NCBI GenBank assembly: GCA_965208325.1
Contig: OZ242326.1
Span: 2,272,001-2,336,000 of the forward strand
Direction of reading: 5' to 3'
DNA length: 64,000 nucleotides
Source of the DNA: Candidatus Poribacteria bacterium
GTDB taxonomy: Bacteria; Poribacteria; WGA-4E; PCPOR2b
Position numbers and translations under genes: made by a program. Shown here piece after piece: positions 29,114 to 37,820 of this stretch. Numbering within the stretch: position 1 is the first letter of the stretch; every line of letters starts with the position of its first letter. The notes beneath the pieces were generated by a model that was given only the letters and a program-made list of their open reading frames with translations, made no database searches and was not told where the DNA came from.

Positions 29114-30004
29114 TTAGATGGAGCCGGGTTGTGATTCCCCTTTGTAATATGGACCGTAGTGAGGACCGATTAGGTTTTCGCTAACCCCGGGCCCCGATTG
29201 ACCGCCTGTGATTAGAAAATCGTCGCCTATGCCGCACAACCAATTGTACATGTCAGCGACATACTTGGTTAGGTGTCGAGGAATTCGATCAGAAAGCGCC
29301 GTCCCCAAATTGAAGTCCGGCTCAATAATCCAATCCCTTTCCGGGCTTACTGTGCGCCAGTAGTCGTATTTCAGCATGTGCCGCACACCCGATGCTGTAG
29401 CGTCGCTTTTTCGATGCAGAATGCTTTGGGAATGGACAGCAAGCGTGCCAGCGGGTCCGGCGGAGGAAACCCCTTGAGCCAGTTCCGGCGCATAAGGCGG
29501 ATCAAGATGCGATGTTGGTACAATTTCGGTAGGCCCCATCTCAGGCGGCGTATCCTGCGGAACGTAAAATACCTCAATGAAGTTGATTTTTGGACCGCTG
29601 ACGAATCCACCGTCATGATGCCATCCTTGTGACGGAGACGGACAGTTTGTGGAATGCCGGCTCATGAGGACCGGCAGCCCGACATTTCTGCCCAACAGCG
29701 AACGTAACACACCGGTCACTTGAGGATTGAGAATCACATTGTCAATGAACCACTCCTCTAGATAGAGCGTGCTAGGTTCATGCGAGTTGCGGATTCTCTC
29801 CAAATCCCGGCGGGTGCGTCCCTCAGGAATATAACTCGGGTTCGAAGGCAGCTCCCCATTCAGATAGGCGCACGTGCGTTGATTCGTTTCATCATCAATC
29901 ACACCTTCTAGGATTAGGTACCCGTCTCGGCAGAAATCCAGAATCTGCGTGTCGGTTAGGGTCGGTTCACAGTCAAACGTTCTATTGATTTTGTCGTAAT
30001 TCAT
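29114..30004 (-). CDS. Phytanoyl-CoA dioxygenase (PhyH) family Fe(II)/2OG oxygenase
   Basis: FCRDGYL, WHHD (HxD), MGPTEIVPTSH, distal His in ILHR. Confidence 0.8.
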   Translation of the reverse strand: MNYDKINRTFDCEPTLTDTQILDFCRDGYLILEGVIDDETNQRTCAYLNGELPSNPSYIPEGRTRRDLERIRNSHEPSTLYLEEWFIDNVILNPQVTGVLRSLLGRNVGLPVLMSRHSTNCPSPSQGWHHDGGFVSGPKINFIEVFYVPQDTPPEMGPTEIVPTSHLDPPYAPELAQGVSSAGPAGTLAVHSQSILHRKSDATASGVRHMLKYDYWRTVSPERDWIIEPDFNLGTALSDRIPRHLTKYVADMYNWLCGIGDDFLITGGQSGPGVSENLIGPHYGPYYKGESQPGSI

Positions 30005-30132
30005 CGTGGATCACCCCAATCAAGTTTGAAGTCTCTTCGCTCGTCTGCATGCCAGCCGAAACTCAAACCAGCCGTATTAGTTATTATTACGTATTGACGA
30101 TTCTCCGTCAACCCATAAATACGTGTATGTCA

Positions 30133-31113
30133 TTACCCAATTTCCCAATCGAGCAGTACCCCCATGGCTTGATTCATCCGGTTGTAGAGTAAATCAAACG
30201 CGTCCGCAGCCTGGCTGAATGGAAATCGGTGAGTTGTCATCTGCTCTGTCCGGACGATTCCGGATCCGAGAAGTTCCATCGCGCGGCGAGAAATCCCCGC
30301 TCCAACCGTCTGGCCGTAGTAACCCCCGAGTATCTGCCGCCGCTGAATTTTCCCGCTCCACAGCGGCAGGGGCGCATCTTCGTACAGTCCAATCAAATGC
30401 AATAAACCCCCAACAGCGAGCATATCTAACCCCTGGTCAAACGCGTCGGGTCCCCCAGGACCGCCGACGGCGTACACAACAATATCGGCGCCAATGCCGT
30501 TGGTTAGCCGGCGGACAGCTCGAACTGCATCTTCATCAGACGCGTTGATGACAACGTCGGCGCCCAATGTTTCAGCTAACTGACACCGGTTGTCCAATGT
30601 GTCAATTGCAATTACACGCCCATTGCCGTTGGCTTTTGCGACCTGCATGATTAGGCTGCCGACCAGTCCCTGCCCCACTATTACAACCGTGTCATTCGAT
30701 TGAATGTTTTCGATGTCCACCCATGCTACCGCGCCCGACACCAGGGGATAGTAGGGAGCCTGATCGAAATTCACGGTCGATAGCATGGGAACCACTTGCG
30801 CGTGCTCCTGCGGCGAACTTACACGCGCGGGCCGAACAACATATTGAGCGTGCGGCGCCGAAGCAACCACCCGATCGCCGACCGCGAAGTGCTCAACGCC
30901 CGCACCGACAGCGTCAACAACTCCCGCCAGCGAATATCCCATCCGTTCCGGGTCAATCGCTGATGCTCGTGTATACCGTCCACCCATCTCCGATCCCCGG
31001 CTGATAAGGCTCCGTACCGCTTTGACACGAACCTCGCCGTGGCCCGGTTCAGGTGTGGGAACCTCCTCTATGACGATATTAAACTTGCCTTCCGGTTTGC
31101 AAACCCGTTTCAC
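30133..31113 (-). CDS. Medium-chain dehydrogenase/reductase (zinc-binding dehydrogenase superfamily)
   Basis: GEVRVK..SLISRGSE, GYSLAGVV..VG.GV..F.VGDRV, GQGLVG Rossmann motif, THRFPF. Confidence 0.85.
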   Translation of the reverse strand: MKRVCKPEGKFNIVIEEVPTPEPGHGEVRVKAVRSLISRGSEMGGRYTRASAIDPERMGYSLAGVVDAVGAGVEHFAVGDRVVASAPHAQYVVRPARVSSPQEHAQVVPMLSTVNFDQAPYYPLVSGAVAWVDIENIQSNDTVVIVGQGLVGSLIMQVAKANGNGRVIAIDTLDNRCQLAETLGADVVINASDEDAVRAVRRLTNGIGADIVVYAVGGPGGPDAFDQGLDMLAVGGLLHLIGLYEDAPLPLWSGKIQRRQILGGYYGQTVGAGISRRAMELLGSGIVRTEQMTTHRFPFSQAADAFDLLYNRMNQAMGVLLDWEIG

Positions 31114-31348
31114 AGTCCGTCCTTTCTACGACAAACTTTAGACGAATATTCCTAACAAACGGTTGAATTGATGGGACACGCCGCGCCGTGGTTCTAGGTC
31201 GTTTTTATGGTATGCTCACTCGTCGTGTGCGTTCACGCGGTTCGCAATTTAGCAAAGACAATATATGATGTCAACCCAAAAATCGAAATTTTACCGTTTT
31301 ATCTATGCCGTCCAAAAGACTTTAGCGACAGATTGAGTTTCTTTCAAC

Positions 31349-31377
31349 TTGACAACGCAATCCAGTTATGATATTAT
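31349..31377 (+). promoter_or_regulatory. Sigma70-type promoter of rplM
   Basis: TTGACA (31349-54), 17-bp spacer, extended -10 TGnTATTAT (31369-77). Confidence 0.75.
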
Positions 31378-31477
31378 TTCGGGCTGTGCTCAACATCAAT
31401 GTTGCTTCATCTATAGAAGTTGGATCGCTAGTAAAGTGCAGGGCACACATTCTTGTGATTACGCGTAGGAGCAGATT

Positions 31478-31915
31478 ATGCTTACAATGAAATCATACGT
31501 TTTTAAAGAATCGGACTGGGAAATCAAGTGGTATGTCGTAGACGCAAATGGAAAAGTGCTCGGGCGTTTGGCGACTCAAATTGCGACCATTCTTCGGGGA
31601 AAGCACCGTCCGACTTTTACGCCGCATGCCGATATGGGGTATCGCGTCGCCGTTGTTAATGCCGAGAAGGTCATCGTCACGGGAAAGAAAGCCGAACAGA
31701 AAACCTACTTTCGTTACAGCGGCTATCCAAGCGGGGACAAATACACCACCTTCAAAGAGCAGATGCAGAAAAAACCGGAAGAAATTATAAGACATGCCGT
31801 GAAGGGAATGCTGCCGAAAAATCGCTTGGGACGAAAATTGATTAAAAAGTTAAAGGTTTACGCCGGTCCGAATCATCCGCACGATGCGCAGCTACCCGAA
31901 ATAGTGGAGATTTAA
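31478..31915 (+). CDS. rplM: 50S ribosomal protein L13
   Basis: [51 protein letters not shown]. Confidence 0.98.
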   Translation: MLTMKSYVFKESDWEIKWYVVDANGKVLGRLATQIATILRGKHRPTFTPHADMGYRVAVVNAEKVIVTGKKAEQKTYFRYSGYPSGDKYTTFKEQMQKKPEEIIRHAVKGMLPKNRLGRKLIKKLKVYAGPNHPHDAQLPEIVEI

Positions 31916-32207
31916 CCTTCAGCAAAGGCGATGTGTTCACTAATGCTCCGATTCGCCTGTCAATTAAACCAGAGACGGGCAGTTTTCGGCTAAAATCTTT
32001 TTCACGTACTCACTTCACAATGCGTTTGTCCGAATCATGAGCGTAGATGTCCATGTTAAAACGCTACGCCGTCGTAGGCGGCGCATCTTACCCTGCATTC
32101 GTGATGAAGCAGCGTATTACAACGCCTGTACGTTATCAGCGAAATTCCAATCAGCAATAGACTAACAGCAGATGACTAGGCTACACACTTGAAACTGAGG
32201 AGACGGT

Positions 32208-32603
32208 ATGGCAGTGGAACAATATTGGGGAACAGGGCGGCGTAAAACCTCCGTGGCACGGGTTAGGCTAGTCGCGGATGGATCTGGACAGTTCGTAGTC
32301 AATAGAAAACCCATTGAGGAATACTTCGATCGGGCAGACCACGTTCAGATTGCAAAACAACCGTTCGGGGTTATTGAAAGAAGCAGTGAATATGATGTCT
32401 TCGTGAACGCACATGGCGGCGGTATTTCGGGGCAAGCGGGAGCGATTCTTCACGGTCTTGCCCGCGCCCTCGTTAAGGCGGATGAGTCTTTCAAACCCAC
32501 CCTGAAAAAAGCAGGCTTCCTGACCCGAGATGCGCGAATGGTTGAACGCAAAAAATATGGACAGAAAGGTGCACGCGCGCGGTTCCAATTCTCCAAACGC
32601 TAG
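32208..32603 (+). CDS. rpsI: 30S ribosomal protein S9
   Basis: [42 protein letters not shown]. Confidence 0.98.
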   Translation: MAVEQYWGTGRRKTSVARVRLVADGSGQFVVNRKPIEEYFDRADHVQIAKQPFGVIERSSEYDVFVNAHGGGISGQAGAILHGLARALVKADESFKPTLKKAGFLTRDARMVERKKYGQKGARARFQFSKR

Positions 32604-32643
32604 ATTCTTCTTATTGTTGGGAATCTTATTGAGGATGTAAATC

Positions 32644-33936
32644 ATGCCAAATATCGCTATATTGGGTGCCCAATGGGGCGATGAAAGCAAAGGCAAAACC
32701 ACGGATTTTCTCGCTGAAAAAGCCGATATTGTTGCAAGGTATCAAGGCGGTGATAACGCCGGGCATACTATCGTTATCGGGGACGAGAAATACATTCTTC
32801 ATCTGCTTCCGTCCGGTATTCTACAGCCCCATACCGTAAATGTGATTGGCAACGGTGTGGTCATCAATCTGGAAACGCTTTTCGCTGAAATCAATGAGCT
32901 CGTTGCACGTGGAATTGAGGTTGGCGGACGTCTGAAGATAAGTTCCCGAGCCCACTTAATCCTCCCTTATCACAAGATAATGGAATCGTGGGACGACTTA
33001 GGAAGCGGGTTAAAGATAGGCACCACCTCGCGCGGAATTGGACCAACATACGTCGATAAGATGAATCGCCATTCGGGAATACGGGTCGCGGATCTGCTTG
33101 AGTTCGACCTGTTTCAGAAGAAATTTGACTTTAATCTTGAAGCCAAAGATTACGTCCTCAATCAGATCGGCGGCGAGATTGATAGAAATGCCTTACTTGA
33201 GAAATACTACGAATACGCTCAGCAGCTTGCGCCCTATGTCATTGATACCCCTGAATTCATGCACCGAGAGATGAAATCCGGGAAGCGGGTGCTCTTTGAA
33301 GGGGCGCAGGGGACGATGCTAGATATCGATTTTGGGACATATCCGTACGTCACGTCGTCCAATACTACCGTCGGTGCGGTATGTACAGGGCTGGGCGTCG
33401 CGCCCAAGGCGATTGATCATGTTTTGGGAGTCTCAAAAGCATACGTGACGCGTGTCGGGGGCGGCCCATTCCCGACAGAGATGCCGCCAGATTTGGATGA
33501 AGAGATTCGCCGTATCGGCGAAGAATACGGCGCAACGACGCAGCGCCCGCGCCGCTGCGGCTGGCTCGATCTTGTCGCACTGCGCTATGCAACCCAAATT
33601 AACGGCTTTACCGGTATTGTTCTGACGAAATTTGATGTCTTGGACGGCCTTGACGAAATCCAAATATGCGTTGCGTATCAGCGTGATGGCGAGGAAGTAT
33701 CGGCGTTTCCGGCGAACTTACGGACTCTCGCTGAATGTGAGCCTGTTTACGAAACACTGCCCGGCTGGAAACAGTCAACCGCCGATGTTCGCCGATACGA
33801 AGATTTGCCAACGAACGCAAAGCGATACATCTCATACGTCGCTGAATTCTTAGGCGTGCCCATTGTTATGGCTTCCGTAGGTAAGGATCGGGCACAAACG
33901 GTAATTTGCGATTCAGATTTCCTCGCATCTGATTGA
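32644..33936 (+). CDS. purA: Adenylosuccinate synthetase
   Basis: GAQWGDESKGK, RYQGGDNAGHT, FEGAQGTMLDIDFGTYPYVTSS, GATTQRPRRCGWLD. Confidence 0.98.
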   Translation: MPNIAILGAQWGDESKGKTTDFLAEKADIVARYQGGDNAGHTIVIGDEKYILHLLPSGILQPHTVNVIGNGVVINLETLFAEINELVARGIEVGGRLKISSRAHLILPYHKIMESWDDLGSGLKIGTTSRGIGPTYVDKMNRHSGIRVADLLEFDLFQKKFDFNLEAKDYVLNQIGGEIDRNALLEKYYEYAQQLAPYVIDTPEFMHREMKSGKRVLFEGAQGTMLDIDFGTYPYVTSSNTTVGAVCTGLGVAPKAIDHVLGVSKAYVTRVGGGPFPTEMPPDLDEEIRRIGEEYGATTQRPRRCGWLDLVALRYATQINGFTGIVLTKFDVLDGLDEIQICVAYQRDGEEVSAFPANLRTLAECEPVYETLPGWKQSTADVRRYEDLPTNAKRYISYVAEFLGVPIVMASVGKDRAQTVICDSDFLASD

Positions 33937-33982
33937 TCGCCCGCTGGTTGAGATACGGCCGTACCAATGTCAATACGCAGCC

Positions 33983-34012
33983 TTGACATTTTGGGTCACA
34001 ATTCGGTATCAT
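33983..34012 (+). promoter_or_regulatory. Sigma70-type promoter for tRNA pair
   Basis: TTGACA (33983-88), 18-bp spacer, TATCAT (34007-12), 35 bp upstream of tRNA-Lys. Confidence 0.6.
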
Positions 34013-34047
34013 TTATCGCTATCTACAATAGCGGCACCGCCAACTTA

Positions 34048-34120
34048 GGGCCGTTAGCTCAGTTGGTAGAGCATCTGACTTTTAATCAGGTGGTCACAGG
34101 TTCGACCCCTGTACGGCCCA
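34048..34120 (+). tRNA. tRNA-Lys (anticodon TTT)
   Basis: Cloverleaf: GGGCCGT/ACGGCCC acceptor stem, TCTGA-CTTTTAA-TCAGG anticodon arm, GGTTCGA T-loop. No encoded CCA. Confidence 0.97.
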
Positions 34121-34126
34121 CCTATC

Positions 34127-34201
34127 GTCCCCGTCGTCTAGCCTGGCCAAGGACACCAGCCTTTCACGCTGGCGACACGGGTTCAAATCCCGTCGGGGAC
34201 G
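34127..34201 (+). tRNA. tRNA-Glu (anticodon TTC)
   Basis: GTCCCCG/CGGGGAC acceptor stem, CCAGC-CTTTCAC-GCTGG anticodon arm, GGTTCAA T-loop. No CCA directly after the discriminator. Confidence 0.97.
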
Positions 34202-34211
34202 TCCAATCTTT

Positions 34212-34246
34212 AGCCCCTTCCACACGATGTGGTAGGGGCTTTTTTT
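34212..34246 (+). terminator. Rho-independent terminator after tRNA-Glu
   Basis: AGCCCCTTCCACA-CGA-TGTGGTAGGGGCT hairpin followed by a T-run. Confidence 0.85.
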
Positions 34247-34461
34247 CTAGCAATGAGTCGCCGCGGGCTATGCTCTTGGAACCTGTTTGATCGTTTATTT
34301 TATACCGCACCAGTTTCCTTGATCCAAGCCCCAGAGGGGCGACAGGTTATCGCAACTCAACCACCCATTATTCAATCTGGCTTATCATTTAACCCAAATT
34401 TCAATGGTCAGTAAAAAAACAAGCGGCTAATTACCCGGCAAACGGAAAGGAACGCAACCAA

Positions 34462-35940
34462 TTGAACGAAGACCGAGAACTAGGCAAGGTAGACATCCCA
34501 CCCATCAGCGGTGTCTTTGGAGAATCGTGGTCGCCCAAGAAACTGCTCGGACTGCTCGCCGTGTTTGGCCCCGCAGCAATTGTGGCGTCGGTCAGCATCG
34601 GCGCGGGTGAGACCATTGTCGTCGTGCGCGCCGGAGCTTGGGCAGGCTATAGGTTGCTGTGGCTCGTACTGCTCAGTTGCGTAGTCAAGGGTGTATTTGT
34701 CACGTATCTGCTGGGCCGCTACACTGCCGTCAGTGGCGAACACATCGGACACCGCTTGGCTCGGCTGCCCGGTCCCCGCGGTTGGCTGCCGCTGGCGATT
34801 GTGGCGATGGAAATGCTCGGCGCACCGCTCGCTTGGGTTCCGATTGCCAAACCGTGCGGCGATCTGTTCCATTTTTTATTTCAAAGTTCGCTGTCACAGT
34901 CTATCGCTGAACCCATCTGGGAGAATATCTTCACCTCCTGTTTTATCACGCTCGCGCTTGCGTTCGGCTTGCGGCTCTCGTTTGAAAGGCTGGAAAAACA
35001 GCAAATAATCATCTGCCTTATCCTCGTCACCGGTACACTGATCGGCACGCTGATTGTGCGTCCCAATTTTAGGGAAGCGGTCATCGGCAGCATTAGTTTC
35101 GGACACATTCCGCCGTTTCCTGCATGGGCGCCGCAGGACGCTATAAAAAATCCGCTGCTGACGATGGCAACCGCCTTCGGATACGTCGGCGGTTCCGTCA
35201 TGGGGTACGTGGTTTATGCAAACTGGGTTGGGATGCACAGATGGGGTTTGACAGGTCACCAGAACATTGACGCCATCCGCCGTCACGCGTTCACGCGCGA
35301 CAAAATCGACTACCTGCCCGACTCACCGGAGCAAGTGAGCCAGTTACGAAAGCTGGTAGCGCCGCTGCGGTGGGATGCCGGCATCGGAGCCGTCGTGCTT
35401 TTCATTGTGACGGGCGCGTTTATGTTATCCGGCGCCGCGGTGCTGTATCCCCTGCAAACCACGTTTGAAGGGTGGGGACTGCTTACCAACCAAGCCTATG
35501 TTTGGAGCAACATTCATGCGTCGTTGGTCTGGGTCTACTACATCTGCATCATTGTAGCGCTTTGGGGTACTCTGCAAGCGCTGCCCGAAATCTACGCCCG
35601 TGTGATTCAGGAGTTCTTCCAAGCGGTCTGGCACCGACGCAAGTGGGACTATCATAAAATCCGGCATGTCGTCTGCGTCTACATCTTTGTCGCCACAATC
35701 GTCCTCGTTTGGCTAAACGTCCCGTTCGACATTTTGACCCAAATCGCAGGCTTCATTCTGGCGAACTTCTCTATCGCGGTGATGATGATCGCCGCGCTGT
35801 ATCTAAACTTCAAACTGCCCGCCGCCTATCGGACGCATCCGTTCATGCTAATTGGCGCCATCATATCGGCAGGCGTACTCATCATCTCCGCCGGGAGCAG
35901 CGGCTGGGGCTTGGCGGTAAAACTGTTCGGCGGTGCTTAA
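34462..35940 (+). CDS. Nramp/APC-superfamily membrane transporter
   Basis: FGPAAIVASVSIGAGE..V..RAGA..GY.LLW motif and multiple TM helices. Confidence 0.8.
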   Translation: MNEDRELGKVDIPPISGVFGESWSPKKLLGLLAVFGPAAIVASVSIGAGETIVVVRAGAWAGYRLLWLVLLSCVVKGVFVTYLLGRYTAVSGEHIGHRLARLPGPRGWLPLAIVAMEMLGAPLAWVPIAKPCGDLFHFLFQSSLSQSIAEPIWENIFTSCFITLALAFGLRLSFERLEKQQIIICLILVTGTLIGTLIVRPNFREAVIGSISFGHIPPFPAWAPQDAIKNPLLTMATAFGYVGGSVMGYVVYANWVGMHRWGLTGHQNIDAIRRHAFTRDKIDYLPDSPEQVSQLRKLVAPLRWDAGIGAVVLFIVTGAFMLSGAAVLYPLQTTFEGWGLLTNQAYVWSNIHASLVWVYYICIIVALWGTLQALPEIYARVIQEFFQAVWHRRKWDYHKIRHVVCVYIFVATIVLVWLNVPFDILTQIAGFILANFSIAVMMIAALYLNFKLPAAYRTHPFMLIGAIISAGVLIISAGSSGWGLAVKLFGGA

Positions 35941-35960
35941 GCTATAGCATAACGATGAAA

Positions 35961-35994
35961 AGAAACCGAGTTTTTTCTTCAAAACTCGGTTTCT
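35961..35994. repeat. Palindromic intergenic element, copy 1 (possible bidirectional terminator/REP-like)
   Basis: AGAAACCGAGTTTT-TTCTTC-AAAACTCGGTTTCT; second copy at 37662-37694. Confidence 0.85.
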
Positions 35995-36056
35995 TCTGAC
36001 CGCTGTCGAAGAACTTATAAGATGTGTTAAGCAACAAACTGCCCGAATACAAACGT

Positions 36057-36090
36057 CCTCCCCCTTACCAAGGGGGAGCTAGAGGGGGTA
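36057..36090. repeat. CCCCCTTACCAAGGGGG-type palindromic repeat
   Basis: CTCCCCCTTACCAAGGGGGAG hairpin; degenerate copy CCCTCCTTACCAAGGACGGG near 61811. Confidence 0.6.
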
Positions 36091-36099
36091 CACCAAAAA

Positions 36100-37653
36100 T
36101 TGAAACAATTTCCCACCGCATTTTCAGTTCTAATAACCATAGCTGCCTTAGCTTGCCTCCAACTGGTTCCTCCAACCTACGCATCTGAAAAATCAGTATT
36201 AGAAAGCAAAGTAGATGCCTTTCTTAAAGTGGGAGACTATGACCGGGCCTTCAAATTGGTTGATAGTTTTCTTCAGGAACAGTCGGACACACCGATTGGG
36301 CATACCATGTTGGAGCGGGTGATTACTGAAGGAAGCGGCTTCCTAAACGCGGCGGACCGAAAGCGAGCCCTAAAATTGATTGATGGCTATATTCAGGAAT
36401 TCCCAGCGAAACCGATTGGACGTGCCATGATGGTGAGGGTGCTTGCTGCAGACGGACAAACCGACAGGGCATTCACGGAGTATTATCGGTTTTATAAGCT
36501 GAGTGAAACGAATTCTCCCGAGTTGCTAATGGAGATCGTGCGGGGCGCCCTCAATCATAGCAATAAAGCTGTGCGAGCGATCGCGGCGGAATCTGTCCAG
36601 AATATGAGGGATAAAGGGGCGGTTCCCGCCCTCATAAATGCCTTCCGCGAAATGAGAGACCCATATAAAGTGAACAACTTACATCTGTTGCTTAGTGTTA
36701 CAAGTGCGTTGGGTACGTTCGGCGATAAACAAGCTACCCCAGTATTGATAGATGGGCTAAAAAACCGTGATGTCGAAGCACGAATATCCGCTGCCAGTGC
36801 ATTAGGCAGGTTGGGCGATAAAGATGCCGTTCCACATCTGATAATTGCACTCAACAAGGGCAATGACGGAGAGAGGGATGACTATTTTCAAGACAGTGTC
36901 GTTGAAGCGTTGGGAGAGTTGGGAGATAAGCGAGCGAGTTCAGTATTGCTTAAAGCGCTGCACGTGAGCGAAAGTTTTAGCAAAGTTCGTGTCGCGTTAG
37001 CGCTTGCAAAGGTAGGAAACGGGGTTTATAAGGAACATGCAATTTTCGCCTTGATGGAAATTCTCAATGATGACGGCAGTACCGCCCAAAGACGTGCCGG
37101 AAAAGCTTTGGCGGAGTTAGGAGATGAGCGGGGTGTCATCGCCCTGATAGACGCCCTCAACAATAATATCAACGTCTCGCGGGGGAGTGCCGCTCAGATA
37201 CAGTTGGGAGAAAATGGTGATAAGCGCGCAATTCCTTATTTGATAGGAATACTCAACGGGCGTTACAATAACTTTGTAAGAGCTAAAGTCGCAAGGGTGT
37301 TGGGAATGTTGGGGGACGATCGCGCTATTTCTGCCTTAGCAAGTGCACTCAGTAATGACGGCACTACCTGGTCGATGGATGGGAATTTGAACGAATTCGA
37401 CATGCTAACAGGCGAACACTTTCGAGTGCACGCCGCCAAGGCATTGGCAAAGTTAGGGGATGCGCGGGGTATTCCACACTTGATAAGCGCATTCAACTCT
37501 AGCAATGAGGACATAAAAGGATATGCTGCAGTCGCATTGGCCGAGTTGGGTGACGCTAGCATTGCTCCAAAATTAGTCGAAATCCTCGGCGGCGACGAGA
37601 GCATTGGATTGAAATTCTGGGCGGCAGAGGCATTGGTGAAGCTAAGCCGATAA
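36100..37653 (+). CDS. Secreted HEAT (PBS lyase-like) repeat protein
   Basis: Signal peptide and repeated ALG.LGD..A.P.LI.AL units. Confidence 0.88.
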   Translation: MKQFPTAFSVLITIAALACLQLVPPTYASEKSVLESKVDAFLKVGDYDRAFKLVDSFLQEQSDTPIGHTMLERVITEGSGFLNAADRKRALKLIDGYIQEFPAKPIGRAMMVRVLAADGQTDRAFTEYYRFYKLSETNSPELLMEIVRGALNHSNKAVRAIAAESVQNMRDKGAVPALINAFREMRDPYKVNNLHLLLSVTSALGTFGDKQATPVLIDGLKNRDVEARISAASALGRLGDKDAVPHLIIALNKGNDGERDDYFQDSVVEALGELGDKRASSVLLKALHVSESFSKVRVALALAKVGNGVYKEHAIFALMEILNDDGSTAQRRAGKALAELGDERGVIALIDALNNNINVSRGSAAQIQLGENGDKRAIPYLIGILNGRYNNFVRAKVARVLGMLGDDRAISALASALSNDGTTWSMDGNLNEFDMLTGEHFRVHAAKALAKLGDARGIPHLISAFNSSNEDIKGYAAVALAELGDASIAPKLVEILGGDESIGLKFWAAEALVKLSR

Positions 37654-37661
37654 ACAACTAC

Positions 37662-37694
37662 AGAAACCGAGTTTTTCGAAAAAACTCGGTTTCT
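37662..37694. repeat. Palindromic intergenic element, copy 2
   Basis: AGAAACCGAGTTTTT-CGA-AAAAACTCGGTTTCT, directly after the HEAT gene stop. Confidence 0.85.
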
Positions 37695-37820
37695 CCTATC
37701 CTATTAACAACGGGATCAACCGACCAAATAAGGAGGGCGATAGTCTTAGTTCTTTTGGGTTGGAATCAGCAATCTACTAACCGAATACAAACACTCGCTC
37801 CCTCAAATAGAGGTCCGAGC

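Noticed and set aside
33967..34290. 107-aa ORF
   Set aside because: Overlaps the two tRNA genes and their terminator; spurious.
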